A stretch of DNA of 64,000 nucleotides from the human T2T-CHM13v2.0 reference genome, Homo sapiens: the NCBI RefSeq assembly GCF_009914755.1, contig NC_060926.1; one strand, given 5' to 3'. This document shows positions 1 through 14,804 of this stretch, one piece after another. Position 1 is the stretch's first letter; each line of letters opens with the position of its first letter. The position numbers were made by a program, and so were the translations under genes. The notes under the pieces were generated by a model that searched no databases, was not told where the DNA came from, and saw only the letters and a program-made list of their open reading frames with translations.

Positions 1-1894
1 GGACTCTCAGGATAGAAGATGCAGTTTTGCAAAGGAGTTCTCAACCTCTGTCAATCTTAATTGATCAAATTGAAAACCAGATGGGCTTATTTATCGAGAC
101 ATAGGTCCCAAAAGGCAAGAAAATTTATTTAGAAATTATTAAAATGCTAGTCAAATAATGACCAGACAATTACAGGTTGATATTTTTCAGTGGCACTTCT
201 TCTAAAACATGGGTTCAATGTGACCAGTTTTATATCACCACTTTAAATGATAACTAATGAGAAAAAAAATTGTGTGGGGGTGTCATTGAAATGATCTTTG
301 CAGCAAATTCTCTTCCTTTGTATTTGTTCTATGAATCGGGGGACTGGAGTTGGCACTCCTCTCAGTTTGGCCATATCCAGATTTTCTGGTTATGTTCTTC
401 CCTAGAGTAACCGCAGATAGATAAGAGGCTCTGTGCTACACAAGGATCTCAGATAGAACTTGACTTATAAGGAAAAAAAAAATGCACATATTGTGCTCAT
501 TATTAAGGCAGGAGTGTTTGCCTATTGCTATATTTTTATGAGCATCAATAAGTCTTTAACGATGAATATTACTAATCATCTTTTGGCTAATGTTATTGAG
601 ACTTTCAATTCATGTGCTAAATTACTTACTCCTGGGGTAAGAGTAGAAAAATCTTTGGAAGAATGATTAATGGGAAGAAGTTGGTGCCAATGAGGTAATT
701 AATTATTGGTTATTTAATAACCTTTGATTGTTAGAACCATAATCCTTTACTGATAGCAAGTCTACCATACTATCTGGGATAGTGAGACCATTAACTATAA
801 ATTGGATAATTTGGCTTTTTTTCATTGGTTTGCTGTTAAATTCCTAGAGTAGAACAATAGAGAACCCATTTAAAATAGACATTTAACGAATCAATGAGAC
901 AACCAACTTCAGGATGTATTTTAATAAATTAAAATACAGCCATAATAAAAATGACTATTCTTTTAACTAACCGTATAAGATGTTGTGTGGTAGAAGTAAA
1001 TGGAAATGGACTTTGAATTCACAAATCCAGAAAACTCTTTAAAGTGGGTATGTTGAACTCCTAATTGATTTTTATTAGTATGATTGGGGCAAAATTTGTT
1101 TTTTTCTTTCTGATTGTGTATTATTAAATAGCAAATGAAAGCAAATAAAAAATGTGTATTAACTCAGTATTTAAAAATATATTAATATCACTTTATAATT
1201 TTAAATAATTTGGTAATGTTTTAGCTATAATAATACATAAGATGTTCAATTGCAATTCCTAGTGTTCAAATCTCAAGTTTTCAGTTGCTTCCACTTAAGC
1301 TTTTAAATATGCTTTTTAAAAAAATTTCTGATTTTTGTTTAAAGTTTAAACTTAAAAGACAGCAACAAAACCAAGATAAAAACAATACATTTTATTTACA
1401 AAACACAAAAAAGATTTTTATCATTATGAAACAATTTGCATTAGACTTCTAGTTGTAATGTAAATATAAAATCAATTTGGTCATTTCCAAATTTTGAAAA
1501 CTTTTTGCTCCTAAAAGCAGTTCTCAGAAATGTTAATTCACACATCTACAGTGGCAAAAAAAAAAAAAAAAAAAAAAAAAGTCAGTGAGGCTGAGCAACC
1601 ATGGGGCTACTCTTGGAGTAATTAAATACCTTGAACTTTATCTTGAAGTACCTACTTGTTTCTCGGCATTAAGCCTTTAAAGTAGTGTTGAGTTTGAGAC
1701 AAGTACATGAATGAATTGCATATGACATTTATGGCAAGACTTTGTGTCTCATTTCTGTTTTACACTCTTTAAAGTGTTAATTCATTTCATGTTTTAAGCA
1801 TATTAGTGAAATAACTGTAAATGAAGTCTTACATAACTTCTACATCCTATTTTTATCTCTTTATAATGGAAACGAAAAATAAAAGACCATGGTG

Positions 1895-2110
1895 GTTCGT
1901 TCATTCATTTAACAAATATTCACTGAAAGTTTCCTGAAAGGCACTGGACAAGCTATTAAAAGTTTACATTTTAGTAGGGCAGATATGCATTAAACAAAAA
2001 ATTTCACCAATCTTTCCATAGTTATAATTATGAGAAATGCGATAAAGAAAAGAACAAGGTAAGATGAGCAAATATAACAGAATGCCTTTTGACTAGCCTC
2101 TGACATAGTC
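1895..2110 (-). mobile_element. L2 LINE 3' fragment
   Basis: ttcattcatttaacaaatatt... is the reverse complement of the L2 3' (GAAT)n tail; degenerate. Confidence 0.55.
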
Positions 2111-2257
2111 AGAGGGGTGACTCCCCAGGAGAAAGATCAGTGAAAGTAAGGGGAATATCCAAAGAAAAGCAACCACAATATTCTAGGGATATATTCACTT
2201 GGATGCTTTCTGAAAAAACCTGTAGGACCACAAATGTATAGGATTTTAATTATTACT

Positions 2258-2954
<697 letters not shown>

Positions 2955-4472
2955 TTACTTTATGACATATAAACTATTTCATGATACTTTTAAAGTTAAG
3001 ATTATTGACACACTGAAACATCTTAAATTTTCCCTTCATTTCTACCCAATCATGGACTCACTCAACTATTATAAAAATTATTACAAGCAGTGAATATACC
3101 TGACAGGTATTTATGGGTGACTTTTTGAGAAAATTTCAAGGGTGCATATACTTTAAATCAGTATCTACAGAGTGTCTGGCTACCACAAGGATTCCCTTCA
3201 CCTGACCAACAGCCAGGCTTATGCTGGTTCCTGAACACTGGCAAAAAGTGAAAAAGCTTACTGTTAAGCTTTCATCTTGTTAGACTAAAGCCTCCAATAA
3301 CTGATGTATTTTATGAAATAATGTCAAAATAAAGAAGCTTAACACTAAAAACTCTTTACAGTAAATGTGATCGCCAACCTACATTTCCAGCATCATTATC
3401 CACTACCTGCTGACACAAATTCTACGTTTTGACCAAACGTACTCTTCCCTTGAGTATTGCATTTCCAAGAAATTTCCCTCAACTAAAATGCCCACTCAAT
3501 TTCTCTTCTTGAACAGCTTATTCATTCTTCATATCAGCACTGACCACCTCACTCCAGAGCACTCTTTTTCTAAATTGCAATTTTAAAAATCACAGGAGGT
3601 CTCTAATGCCATTCCATATTCCTTGATGCCCATCCACTTGCTAACACTTATGAAATGGTCATTGCCTTCATTGTATTAAAATTTCAAGTGCAATTTGTTA
3701 TCTTTGCTGTATGCATGGATTCCATTTACACACTAGACCCATATATTTTCTTATATTCTAGGTGTCTTTTTTGCTTCAAATTCCTTTCTAGCTTTTCTTT
3801 AAATCCTTACTTTGCCCATCTTCAGTGCTGGGTTGGTAAAGGAGACAGAAACTTAACAATATCCACCAAGCAACAGAACTACCACATCAACACCAAGAAC
3901 TTCCTGGCTTCCTGGGCAGATATGCAGTGGGCACAATTTCATAACAGATTAATTGCTACCAATCATGAAGAAGTTAAAATACTCTCAGAATTTAGAAGGT
4001 ATACTTGAATCACATTGAAGTTTTGTAATTCTGTGCCAAGCCCATAGATTGAATGTCTTCTATTATTTAGTTGGCCTTGTTTACTTAGTGGTAATCATTT
4101 CCTGAGACTGTACAGAACATTAAATTGGAATGGATACAATTCTAGCCTAGAGTCTATAGCCTAGAATTAGTTATAAGTAGCTCAAGATTACATAGTGTAT
4201 GCAATTATATGTCACCCATGAAAACAAACACTACCCAGTTTTCAGGATCTCAAAATAAATCACCTCAAAGGTCCTGCTTTGATCTGTTTTGTGATTGGGT
4301 TGCATGGGAAAGCAAATTATAGGACTATGTGACCATGAAAATGCCTCTTTTCCCTTTAACTAGTGATAAATAAAAAGTGAAAAGAAAATTACTTATCAGA
4401 AAGGAGTAGCATCCTTCAATCTTCATTGATAGCTGACTGATTAATGAAATGATGCATCTGTGCAACATAACA

Positions 4473-4807
4473 CAGTCATACACTGCATGACAGTTTGGTC
4501 TTTGATAGCTGTATATATGATGGTGGTCTCACAGATTATATTTTTACTGTACCTTTTTAATGTTTAGAAATGTTTGAATACACAGATACTTAGCATTGTG
4601 TTACAATTGCCTATAGTATTTAGTACAGTAACATGCAGTACAGGTTTGTAGCCTAGGAACAACAGACCATATCATAAAGCCTGGATATACAGTAGGCTAT
4701 TCTATCTAGGTCTATGCAAGTACACTCTATGATGTTTGCTCAGTGACAAGATCACCTAACAATGCATTTCTCAGAATGTGTCTCCATTATTAAGTGATGC
4801 ATGACTA
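4473..4807. mobile_element. Tigger3a (MER7A)-like non-autonomous DNA transposon
   Basis: TIRs cagtcat.../...atgacta; internal motifs tttttactgtacct and gtacactctatgatgtt; sits within an old L1 3' fragment. Confidence 0.85.
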
Positions 4808-5150
4808 TATGTACAGCCATAAAAGAGAATCAGTGTATAGTTCTGTATGTATTGATATAGAGAGATCTACAAAATATATTAAGTGAACAGAGCAAGGGCA
4901 GATCAGCATGTATGATATGCTACCATCTGTATAATAAATACAAAGGAATATGGGTGAATCTATGTATACAAAGGATGTATTGGGAAGATTACACAATGGG
5001 CTGGTTATGCTGGATATCTTTGGAGGGTAGTGGAGCTGATTAAAATGAAGAGATGAGAAGAAAATTTTTCACTTAATCCACTTTGTATCTTCTAAATTTT
5101 GAACCATGTGGATGTCTTAACTATTAAAAAGTAATCTTTAAAAATTTTTA
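4808..5150 (+). mobile_element. Old L1 (L1ME-like) 3' fragment
   Basis: tacagccataaaagagaat...tatattaagtgaac...tttgaaccatgtggatgt resembles an L1M 3' UTR. Confidence 0.55.
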
Positions 5151-5572
5151 AATAGAAATAAAAGGGGAGGAACAAAAGAAAGGAGTATTTTTAAGTGTGA
5201 TAGAGCCAGTGTAGGTTTTCTAAAAACAATAGACTTGTGTGAAGCCTATAACAATCTAAAAAACATCTTCAAAGCGCCTCTTCTTGATATTAACACTCAC
5301 AAATTTATCAATGGCCAAGTTACAGAAATGTGATTAGAGACTCTAAGGAGAAAAGACTCTAAGGAACAGGTAAATTATTTCCTACGTGAGGGCATGAAAG
5401 TAGATATTTGGAAAGCTTATGCAGTTGATCATGAGGTGTTCAGTGTATGTGGAGTTTGAGCACATACTCAAGACATGTTGGAGAGCTACCTAGAAATCAT
5501 TGATACCCTGTTCACAAAAATGTATTTTAGATCCAAGTGGGAAAAAAATAATACAACTGGGAAAAAAATCTA

Positions 5573-5929
<357 letters not shown>

Positions 5930-6419
5930 TCATGGTTCAAGCAACACAACTCTATGATGTCTTTCCTTATACCCCAAAGCAAATGTAGATTCTCCCTCCT
6001 CTGTATACCAACAGCAAGCATTGCACACCTCTGTTTTCATATAAGTCGTGCTGCCCCTGCTGGCAGATTTTTTGATGTGATTGTTGTCTTTAAAGACTCT
6101 TTATTTTTCACCATTGTATCAATGGCATATAATAGAGTACAATGTGTAGAGATTTAATATCTGTTCAATGAATGAATGACTTTGAAGCAAAAAGGAGACT
6201 ATCTAAAATTAAATACTTCTTAAAAAGATGATTTAGAATACAATTTGGTTTTGTGAAAAGTAGATTACCACCCTAGAAATAGAACTTATGGCAAATAAAG
6301 TGAATGCTTAGGGAAAAGTGTTATGTAGGAAACTCGATGAGCTGATAAAGAAAACTTTAAACTTTGTGGGGTGAGGAAAGAAAGAAGTAAAACCACATAC
6401 TATGATTTATGACAAACAT

Positions 6420-6890
6420 TACATATACTCAGTCATTCAGGCATGCAAGTGCTAGTATTTCTGGGAGGTGAATAAGACTTAGAATTTACAAGGGCCTTAT
6501 ATTCTAATACAGGAGACACATTATGCAAATAAATATCCACAATATAAGTAGCATGTGGCATAATACACACATAGATAAAATAATCATGTTGCTTGGCCTT
6601 CAAGTATGAGTTGGATTTGGATTTGGATGGTGGAGAAAGTTAATCCATGCAGGGGAATTAGAACAAGTGTATGGGTGAATGTTTAATGGTATACATTGCA
6701 AACATCAAATTTCATTGACTGGAATGTAACATGTATAAAGTGAGTGAGTAGAACATGAACCCTAAAAGATTAGGTGGGACAAGACTATGGAAGCCTTACA
6801 TACCCTGCTATCACTCTAAGAAGACTCTATTCAATAGAAAATGGAGAATCATTAAAAGTTGAAGGGCATGATTATAGTGTGTTTTGTCAA
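6420..6890 (-). mobile_element. L2 fragment
   Basis: Degenerate L2 antisense motifs (gactggaatgtaac, aatggagaatcattaaaag). Confidence 0.5.
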
Positions 6891-7062
6891 GACTAAAACC
6901 GTAAAACTGACATAAAAAAGAATAATAGAAAGTTTGCCAAATATTTCTTAAAAAAATACATTATTAAGAGAATGTGGTTCTGCCACAAGAACAGAAAGAT
7001 GAGTGGAATAGAGGAGAAATTCCAGTAACAGATCTTGGTGAATATTAAAAAGTAGAATAAGA

Positions 7063-7435
<373 letters not shown>

Positions 7436-7596
7436 TTAATGGATCAAATGTTTATTAACTTGGGGGAAAATTACACTAATATATATTAGTAGCTAACCAA
7501 CACCAAGAGACAGATACGTATTGTGAAGGGATCATGAAACTATGTGCATAAAGCCCTTAGTTATTATATTTGGTAATTGAACATTTACCTTACTTA

Positions 7597-7664
7597 ATTT
7601 GTCTTAACATTGTAAGACAAACCATAATTGTCTTAACATTGCAAGACAAATCATAATTGTCTTA
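7597..7664. repeat. 29-bp tandem repeat (~2.3 copies), each unit a stem-loop
   Basis: ttgtcttaacattgYaagacaaaYcataa repeated; tttgtctta/taagacaaa 9-bp stem in unit 1. Confidence 0.85.
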
Positions 7665-7692
7665 CTAATGACAAAACCTTGTACTTAGTGAA

Positions 7693-8040
7693 TGTCTTAG
7701 TTCAGGCTGCTGTAATGAGGTGCTATAGACTAGGTGGCTTATCAACAACTGAAATTTATTTCTTACCATGCTGGAGGCTGGAAGTCCAAGATCAGAGTGC
7801 CATCATGGTGGAGCCTACTTTCAGGTTACAGACTGCCGACTTCTCTTTGTGTCCTCATGTGACAGAAAGAGCAAGAGAGCTCTCTGGGAGTCCCTTTTAT
7901 AAGGACACTAGTCCCATTTATGAAGACTCCACTCTCAGAACTCTAATTCACTTTCAAAGCTCCACAACCTAATACCATCACATTGGGGTTAGGATCTGAA
8001 GGTATGAACTTTAGGCGGACATAATACATTCAATCCATTT
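7693..8040 (-). mobile_element. MaLR LTR (MLT1A-like)
   Basis: tgtcttagttcaggctgct...ctggaggctggaagtccaagatca...aataccatcacattgggg. Confidence 0.82.
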
Positions 8041-8074
8041 ATTCAAAATAGTTCTTACTTCACAGATGTTTCTT

Positions 8075-8396
8075 TCTTTCTTTTTTATTTTTATTAATTT
8101 TTTTTTTTTTTTTTCAGACGGAGTCTTGCTCTGTCACCCAGGCTGGAGTGCAGTGGCAGTGATCTCGGCTCACTGCAAGCTCTGCCTCCCGGATTCACAC
8201 CATTTTCCTGCCTCAGCTTCCCAAGTAGCTGGGACTACAGGCACCCGCCACCACTCCCGGCTAATTTTTTATATTTTTAGTAGAGACGGGGTTTCACCGT
8301 GTTAGCCAGGATAGTCTCGATCTCCTAACCTCGTGATCCACCTGCCTCACCCTCCCAAAGTGCTGGGATTACAGGCGTGAGCCACTGCACCTGACC
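8075..8396 (-). mobile_element. AluY-like
   Basis: ctgcaagctc, cacaccatt and gtgttagccaggat diagnostics; TSD cagatgtttctt. Confidence 0.95.
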
Positions 8397-8732
8397 CAGA
8401 TGTTTCTTAATAGTGTTTTCTCAGTCAATGAATACTAAAAGTTATGCTCTAAAATTGAACTTTTTTTTTAGAGTTTCTAATACTCAAATTTTGGAAATGA
8501 CTGGCATACACCAAAATGTGTTAAAAGTATTAAATAGTTTAATACAAAAATGAAGTTATTACACAATTGGGAGATGATACATAGTAAGTACAATTTATTT
8601 TCTAAACTTTTCATAAAAAAAAAAGAAAGGAAAAGTTTGGTAGAATTTAGCAAACACACATTCAACTTTCTGTACACCAAGTACACCAAAATAAATTCAA
8701 AGGTACATGACAAATTGAAGAAAAATGCATTG

Positions 8733-8942
8733 GCAGATTGTCATTAACATGTTTACATAGGAATTTAATATGTTTATTTTTTTCCTTTTCCAATGGGTTA
8801 AGGGAGAAAACAGATTGGGCATCTGCTGCTAACCCTTTTGTTCCCAAAGAGTCAAGATAAGTTTCAGGATTTTGACCTTCACGACAGGAAGGATGGATGT
8901 CAATTAACTGAGAAGAAGTGAGAAGAGCAGTCCCTTTGGAGC
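8733..8942 (+). repeat. Ancient direct copy of ~10360-10580 inserted into an old L1 fragment
   Basis: Roughly 70% identity by eye, spanning a unique/L2 junction; flanked by aaaaatRcattg direct repeats. Confidence 0.7.
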
Positions 8943-9139
8943 AAAAATACATTGCAATTTAAGAAAGATTTAATAGCATTCTTATGCAGAGAGTTCTTAC
9001 TAAGCAATAGTAGAAAGTTAGCACATAGGAAAAGAAATGAGCCAAGTCATAAGTAATTAATTTAAAATAAAGTAAAATGGCTAATAGACATATAACAAAA
9101 TTGACCCTCATGCATAGTAAATATCAAATGAAATGACAC

Positions 9140-10790
9140 ATATGCATTCAGCACTTACTGTGTATCAGGCACCTTTGTAGAATCTGGAAACAACAAATAA
9201 TAATAAACAACAAATAAAAATTTTCTGGTTTCAGGAGCTTAACACTAGTGGAAGGAGACTATATATATACATATGTGTGTGTGTGTGTAATAAATAAGGA
9301 GACTACATAGGTATTTTAAAGGGTGATAATTGCTAAGGGGGAAAAACAACATAGGTAAGATGAATAAGAAGTATTGGAGGTAGAATTGCAATTTTATTAA
9401 GATGGCCGAAGAAGCCCTTTTCTTAAGTCCTGAAGTAAATTAGACAGTAAACAAGCCATGCAGAAATCCAACTAAAAGCATTAGGAGGTACAAAGACCTT
9501 GACACGAGAGAATGCCTGGCATGGTCAATGAGCAGGACATTCAGTGTGGCTGGAGCAGTGTGAGTTAGGGGAGAGGAATGGAGGATGAGATCAGCAACGT
9601 TAAGGGGAAAGACTTTGCAGTTCATTGAAAGGAACTTGGCTTCAACTCAGAGAGATGGGAAGCATTTGGAAGGTTTAGAACAAAGGAATGACGTGATCTG
9701 TTTACATTGTTAAAGGATTTATTACTCTGGCTGCTGTGTAGAGAATAAAATGAAGGAAGTTGAGAGCATTTGGAAAACAAAAGAAAGTGCCAGAGAGAGA
9801 TGAGAATGGTGTACTGAGAAGCGAGAAAAGTAGGAGACAAGCAGATATGATTTGAAATCCAGTAGTGCTGAGTATTAGATGTTGAAAGATAAAATTAAAA
9901 GTCAGATCATCAAAGCAGACTCACAATGAATTATAGGTCTTACCCAATATCAAATTTGCCAATAAATTATGGATACAAGTAGTAGTCAGACACGAGCCAA
10001 GCATTCTTCCCTTTGAAAGGTGTAAAACCATCAGGTGTAACTCTCCATAAAATGTCTTCTTCATGTATGAGGACATGCTCTGGTTCAAATTTAACATGAG
10101 AGATTAAGAAATATATGTGATACATTGCTTGCACAGAATGAGTCATTTCAGTTATGAAGCATCTTCTTGTTATATTTTTTTAATTACATAATTTATGTGA
10201 TTTTTTAATGGAACCATGCCTTATAAATTCATGATTGCAAGTTTTGTTTTTTTTTTTTTTTTTTTCCAGCCTAAGTTATCCTAGACTAGACCAGATACAT
10301 CCTGCTAAAAGCATTCCATAGATAAGAACTCCCCACTAGTAAATACTATTTGTATGTTTGGTAGGATTGTGATTGGCATGTTTACAGAGGAATCTAACTG
10401 GGTTATCTCATTCTTTCCCAGATGTGTTACAAAGGCAAACAAATTGCAAGCCTGCTGCTAACCTTTGGCTTCCCAGAGTATCAAAGATGATTTTCAGGGT
10501 TTTCACCTGAAAAACAAGAAAGATGGAATTGTCATTAACTGTGATGGTAAAGACAGGAAGAAGAGCAATTCCCGTGGAGTAGAAGTATAGGAGCTCAATT
10601 TTGCACAGTTTAAATTTGAGATGCAAATTAAAGCATTCAGGTGGAAATGTCAGTTAGATAATTAACTTTATGAATTTGGAATTCAGGGAGATATCTGGAG
10701 TATAGGTATAAATATGGGAATCATTAGCATATAGACAATATTTAAAGCTATGAGATGGGATGTGATCATCAGGTGAATGAGACTAGATAA
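9140..10790 (-). mobile_element. L2a LINE in two pieces (9140-9915 and ~10480-10790) separated by an unclassified insert
   Basis: Antisense L2 motifs (gtggctggagcag, gactttgcagttcattg, gtggaaatgtcagttag). Confidence 0.8.
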
Positions 10791-11054
10791 AAAATGTAAA
10801 TTAAAATAGCAATATTAGAATCAATAAAAAAAGAGAAAGTAAAATATTAATCATGATCCTTAGTATGTGCATACTATTTCAGTTAGAAATTTCCATTTCA
10901 GTAATTTGCTCTATGGGATAATCATGGATATACAGAAGGATGTTTGTTGTAGTGTTTGTTTTCTTTAATAAGGAGATATTGAAAACAGCCAAATGAGAGA
11001 AAATAGTTAAATTGTGTTCATTCATCCATTAAGTAATTAAAACGATATGGAAAA

Positions 11055-11426
11055 TGATATGATTTGGCTGTGTCCCCACCCAAATCTCATCTTGAATTGT
11101 AGTTCCCATAATCCTCATGGGAGGGACCAGATGGAAATAATCGAATCATTGGGATGGTTTTCCCCCTTCTGTTCTTGTGATATGGAATTCTTGGTTCTCA
11201 GGAGATCTGATGGTTTTATAAGGGGCTTCACCCTTCACTGGACACTCATTTCTCTCTCCTGTCACCACGTGAAGAAGGATGTGTTTGCTTCCCTTTTCAC
11301 CATGATTGTAAGTTTCCTGAGGCCTCCTGAGCCCTGTGGAACTGTGAGCCAATTAATTAAACCTCTTTTCTTTATAAATTACCCAGTCTTGGGTTCTTTA
11401 TAGCAGCATGAAAACAGTCTAATACA
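11055..11426 (+). mobile_element. THE1 (MaLR) solo LTR
   Basis: tgatatgatttggctgtgtccccacccaaatctc...ctaataca; TSD gaaaa. Confidence 0.93.
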
Positions 11427-11965
11427 GAAAAGAATAAAATAGATTTAGAATCAGCTTAATTTTAGATATACCAAAAGGATATATTTTTGCATAGATTTTT
11501 TTTTAATTAGGAAAGTCTTCCAAATGTTAGCAAGAAATTGTCACTGAATGGTAGGTTTTCCTTTTCCTACTTTTCTGTATTTTGCAAATTTTCTACATAA
11601 ATTATGTACTCAGAAAAATGTCATCTAAATAGAAGATGAAAATGAATTTCATGAAAAAATAACTAATAAGATGGACTCAGATTTTAATATATAAAGAACA
11701 TTTTTGGGCTTGTTACTTTTACTCTCAAAATACATTTATTATTGGGCATCCACCATGTGCCAGGCACGGGGAATACAGCAATGAATACAAAAGACAAAGT
11801 CCCTTCTCTCTTGGGGCTCACATTCTGACAACAGGAGATATAAAAATAAATATATGATATGTTAGGAAGTTAGAAAATTTGAATATTTTCTTCAAAAGTA
11901 CTATGAAGAAAAATGAAGTATGATAGAGGGCAAATTGTCAAATTCATGGCACACTTTGTATCACA

Positions 11966-12300
11966 GTAAAAGTATAATTTGAAGTAAATGTAATATTGAG
12001 CATCCTTTTCTCATTTCCAACATTAGCTGAAAAAAATTCAGTATTCCACCATTAAAAATGATGCTTGCTAAAGATATTTTTAAAGAAATTCTTTATCAGT
12101 TATAGCATATCTCTTATATTCCTAGGCTGCTATGAGTTATGAATACATTTTGAATTTTGTCAAATTCTTATATGTCTATTGAGATTATCCTATTTTTCAT
12201 CATTATTCTATAAATATAATAAAATGTATTGAATGATTTTATAATGTTAAACCAACAATGCTTTCCTGAAATAAACCCACTTTTGTTTATGTTAATTATA
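11966..12300 (-). mobile_element. Old L1 ORF2 fragment
   Basis: caccattaaaaatgatgcttgct...ttaaaccaacaatgctttcctgaaataaacccact resembles the antisense L1 RT region. Confidence 0.7.
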
Positions 12301-12339
12301 CAAGTCTGTAATTTATATATTTGTATTTTGTATTTATAT

Positions 12340-12489
12340 TATACATGCATATATACATATATATGTGTGTGTGTATATATATATGTATATATATGTATAT
12401 ATATATGTATATATATATGTATATATATATGTGTATATATATATATGTATATATATATACGTGTATATATATATACATATATATATATA

Positions 12490-12490
<1 letters not shown>
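12340..12490. repeat. Compound (TA)n/(TG)n microsatellite at an Alu tail
   Basis: ~150 bp of interrupted TA/TG dinucleotide. Confidence 0.95.
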
Positions 12491-12781
<291 letters not shown>

Positions 12782-12849
12782 TATATTTTATATTTATATA
12801 TTATTTGTGTAAATATTTATTATTTAATATTTAAATATATTTACATTCA

Positions 12850-13625
12850 GTGAGACAATTGCTGTTTGACAGAATTCACAACACTATATATGGGGTATTC
12901 ATGCCACAAAAAAAAAAAAAAAAAAAAAAAGTGGAATCACTCAAACCTCTAGATCTAACTACTTACAGAAAATTTGGGGGACTCAGGGAAGTTAAATGAC
13001 ACATGAAGAAGTCATCAGCCATGTATAAAATAACAGAAATTTTACAAAGTAAATAACCTCACTTATTCATATTTAGTGCTGAAATATTAAAATCTCTTCA
13101 CCTAACATGGAGAATGGGAAAATAAGGATGCTTGCTATCACAGCTTCGATTTCCAATTGTACTTTTTACGATCTTTGTAACTGTACTTTGTAAAAGGGGA
13201 AACAAAGGAAAGAAATAGAGACATACAAAGGACAACAAACGCAAGTGTAGGCCATTTTGCTTTAATGTGAACAAATCAATGGCAGAAGACATTTTTGAGA
13301 CAATATGGAAATTTGAACATCAACTGGATATTAGAAGACATTAAGAAATTATGGTTAATGTTAGATATATTAAAGATTCTATAGTTTAAAAAGTTACTGT
13401 CTTTTATGTTGAAAAGAAGTGAAATGTCTTCAGGGATTAAAAAGCTTCAGAAAATAAGTAAATAAAGTAAAATACATAGTATGGATGGGAATAGAAGAAC
13501 CAAAATTAGCAAACTCTTACTGAAACTTATGTGTAAGATATGGGTTTATTATATACTGTTCTTTTTTATTTTTGTGTATGTTGAAAACACCCATCATAAA
13601 AAGAGTTTACATATTTTTTAAAAGA
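12850..13625 (+). mobile_element. L1MC/MD-like 3' UTR fragment
   Basis: aaacctctagatctaacta; gacatttttgagacaatatggaaatttgaacat; tttgtgtatgttgaaa...cataaaaag. Confidence 0.7.
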
Positions 13626-13724
13626 ATAAAAAAGAATTGCTGGTTTACAGATGTACACTCTTCAGTTTTATTTTTACTGCTGCTATAAACTTATCTACTT
13701 TGCTTTTCCCTATTACATGTAGTT

Positions 13725-14045
13725 TATTTTATTTGTATGTATATTTATTTATTTATTTTTCTTGAGACAGAGTCTCTCTCTGTCACCCAGGCTGGAGGGC
13801 AGTGGTGCAGTATCGGCTCACTGCAAGCTCCGCCTCCCGGGTTCATGCCATTCCCCTGCCTCAGCCTCCTGAGTAGCTGGAATTACAGGCGCCCACCACC
13901 ACGCCCAGCTAATTTTTTTGTATCTTTAGTAGAAACGGGGTTTCACCATATTAGCTAGGATGGTCTCGATCTCCTGACCTCGTGATCTGCCCACCTCAGC
14001 CTCCCAAAGTGCTGGGATTACAGGTGTGAGCCACCACACCCGGCC
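13725..14045 (-). mobile_element. AluY-like
   Basis: ctgcaagctccgcctcccgggttcatgcca; gatctcctgacctcgtgatc. Confidence 0.95.
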
Positions 14046-14654
14046 CCATGTGATTTAAACTTTAAAATAATTTTCAAAATTAATAAATATTTTACAAGGT
14101 ACTTTTTAAGACATTTAAACCACATTTTAAAGAGGATCTCGATTATCCCATTTTGTAAAAGAAAAATGTTTGGAACTGAATAAGCAAAATCATTGCAGTT
14201 TTCTATGAATAAAATGACATTAATTTTTGAACATTAGATGATTGTCAGACAGCTGTAATATCCTACAAGAGAACAGGAAGAATATCCCTTCTCTGTCTTC
14301 CTGCCTTGCAATCTCCCTTTAATGTCCCCCATTGAAAGAATCTCAATGGATGCATATGGCTAAGGAGAAAGTTAGTTTACAGTCCCAGCCCCAGCATCAG
14401 AGCCAAGTATAAATGAGTTTATTTGGAGCTGAGACCTAATAACTGCCAAGCTAAGTATTAGTGATTCTATATACTAAAGTTTAATACAGTTTTAGTTTTT
14501 GTTTGTCATCAAATAAACTGCACAGAATAATGATTAATAATGTAGACTTTAGAATCAAGCAGCTAATCCTGGCTTCTAACTGGAAATATGGATAAATTCC
14601 TGAGACTGTCCAAGCCATAGTCATTTCATCCTTAACATGAAAATAATAATTAGG

Positions 14655-14804
14655 TTGTTATGAAGAAAAGGTGAAATGTAAAAATAGGTAATAGGATCTG
14701 GTTAATAAATATAAACTACTATAATTTGTTATGAAGAAAAGGTGAAATGTAAAATAGGTAATAGGAACTGGTTAATAAATATAAACTACTATAATTTGTT
14801 ATGA
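14655..14804. repeat. ~71-bp tandem duplication inside a MIR
   Basis: Two copies differing by one indel and one substitution; bounded by ttgttatga (three occurrences). Confidence 0.95.

Noticed and set aside
1556-1580. Isolated poly-A as a retrocopy tail
   Set aside because: No recognisable upstream element or TSD.
3655-4008. 117-aa ORF and similar 100-112-aa ORFs (18391, 28504, 46683, 57292)
   Set aside because: No recognisable domain, and several overlap decayed repeats; consistent with random ORFs.
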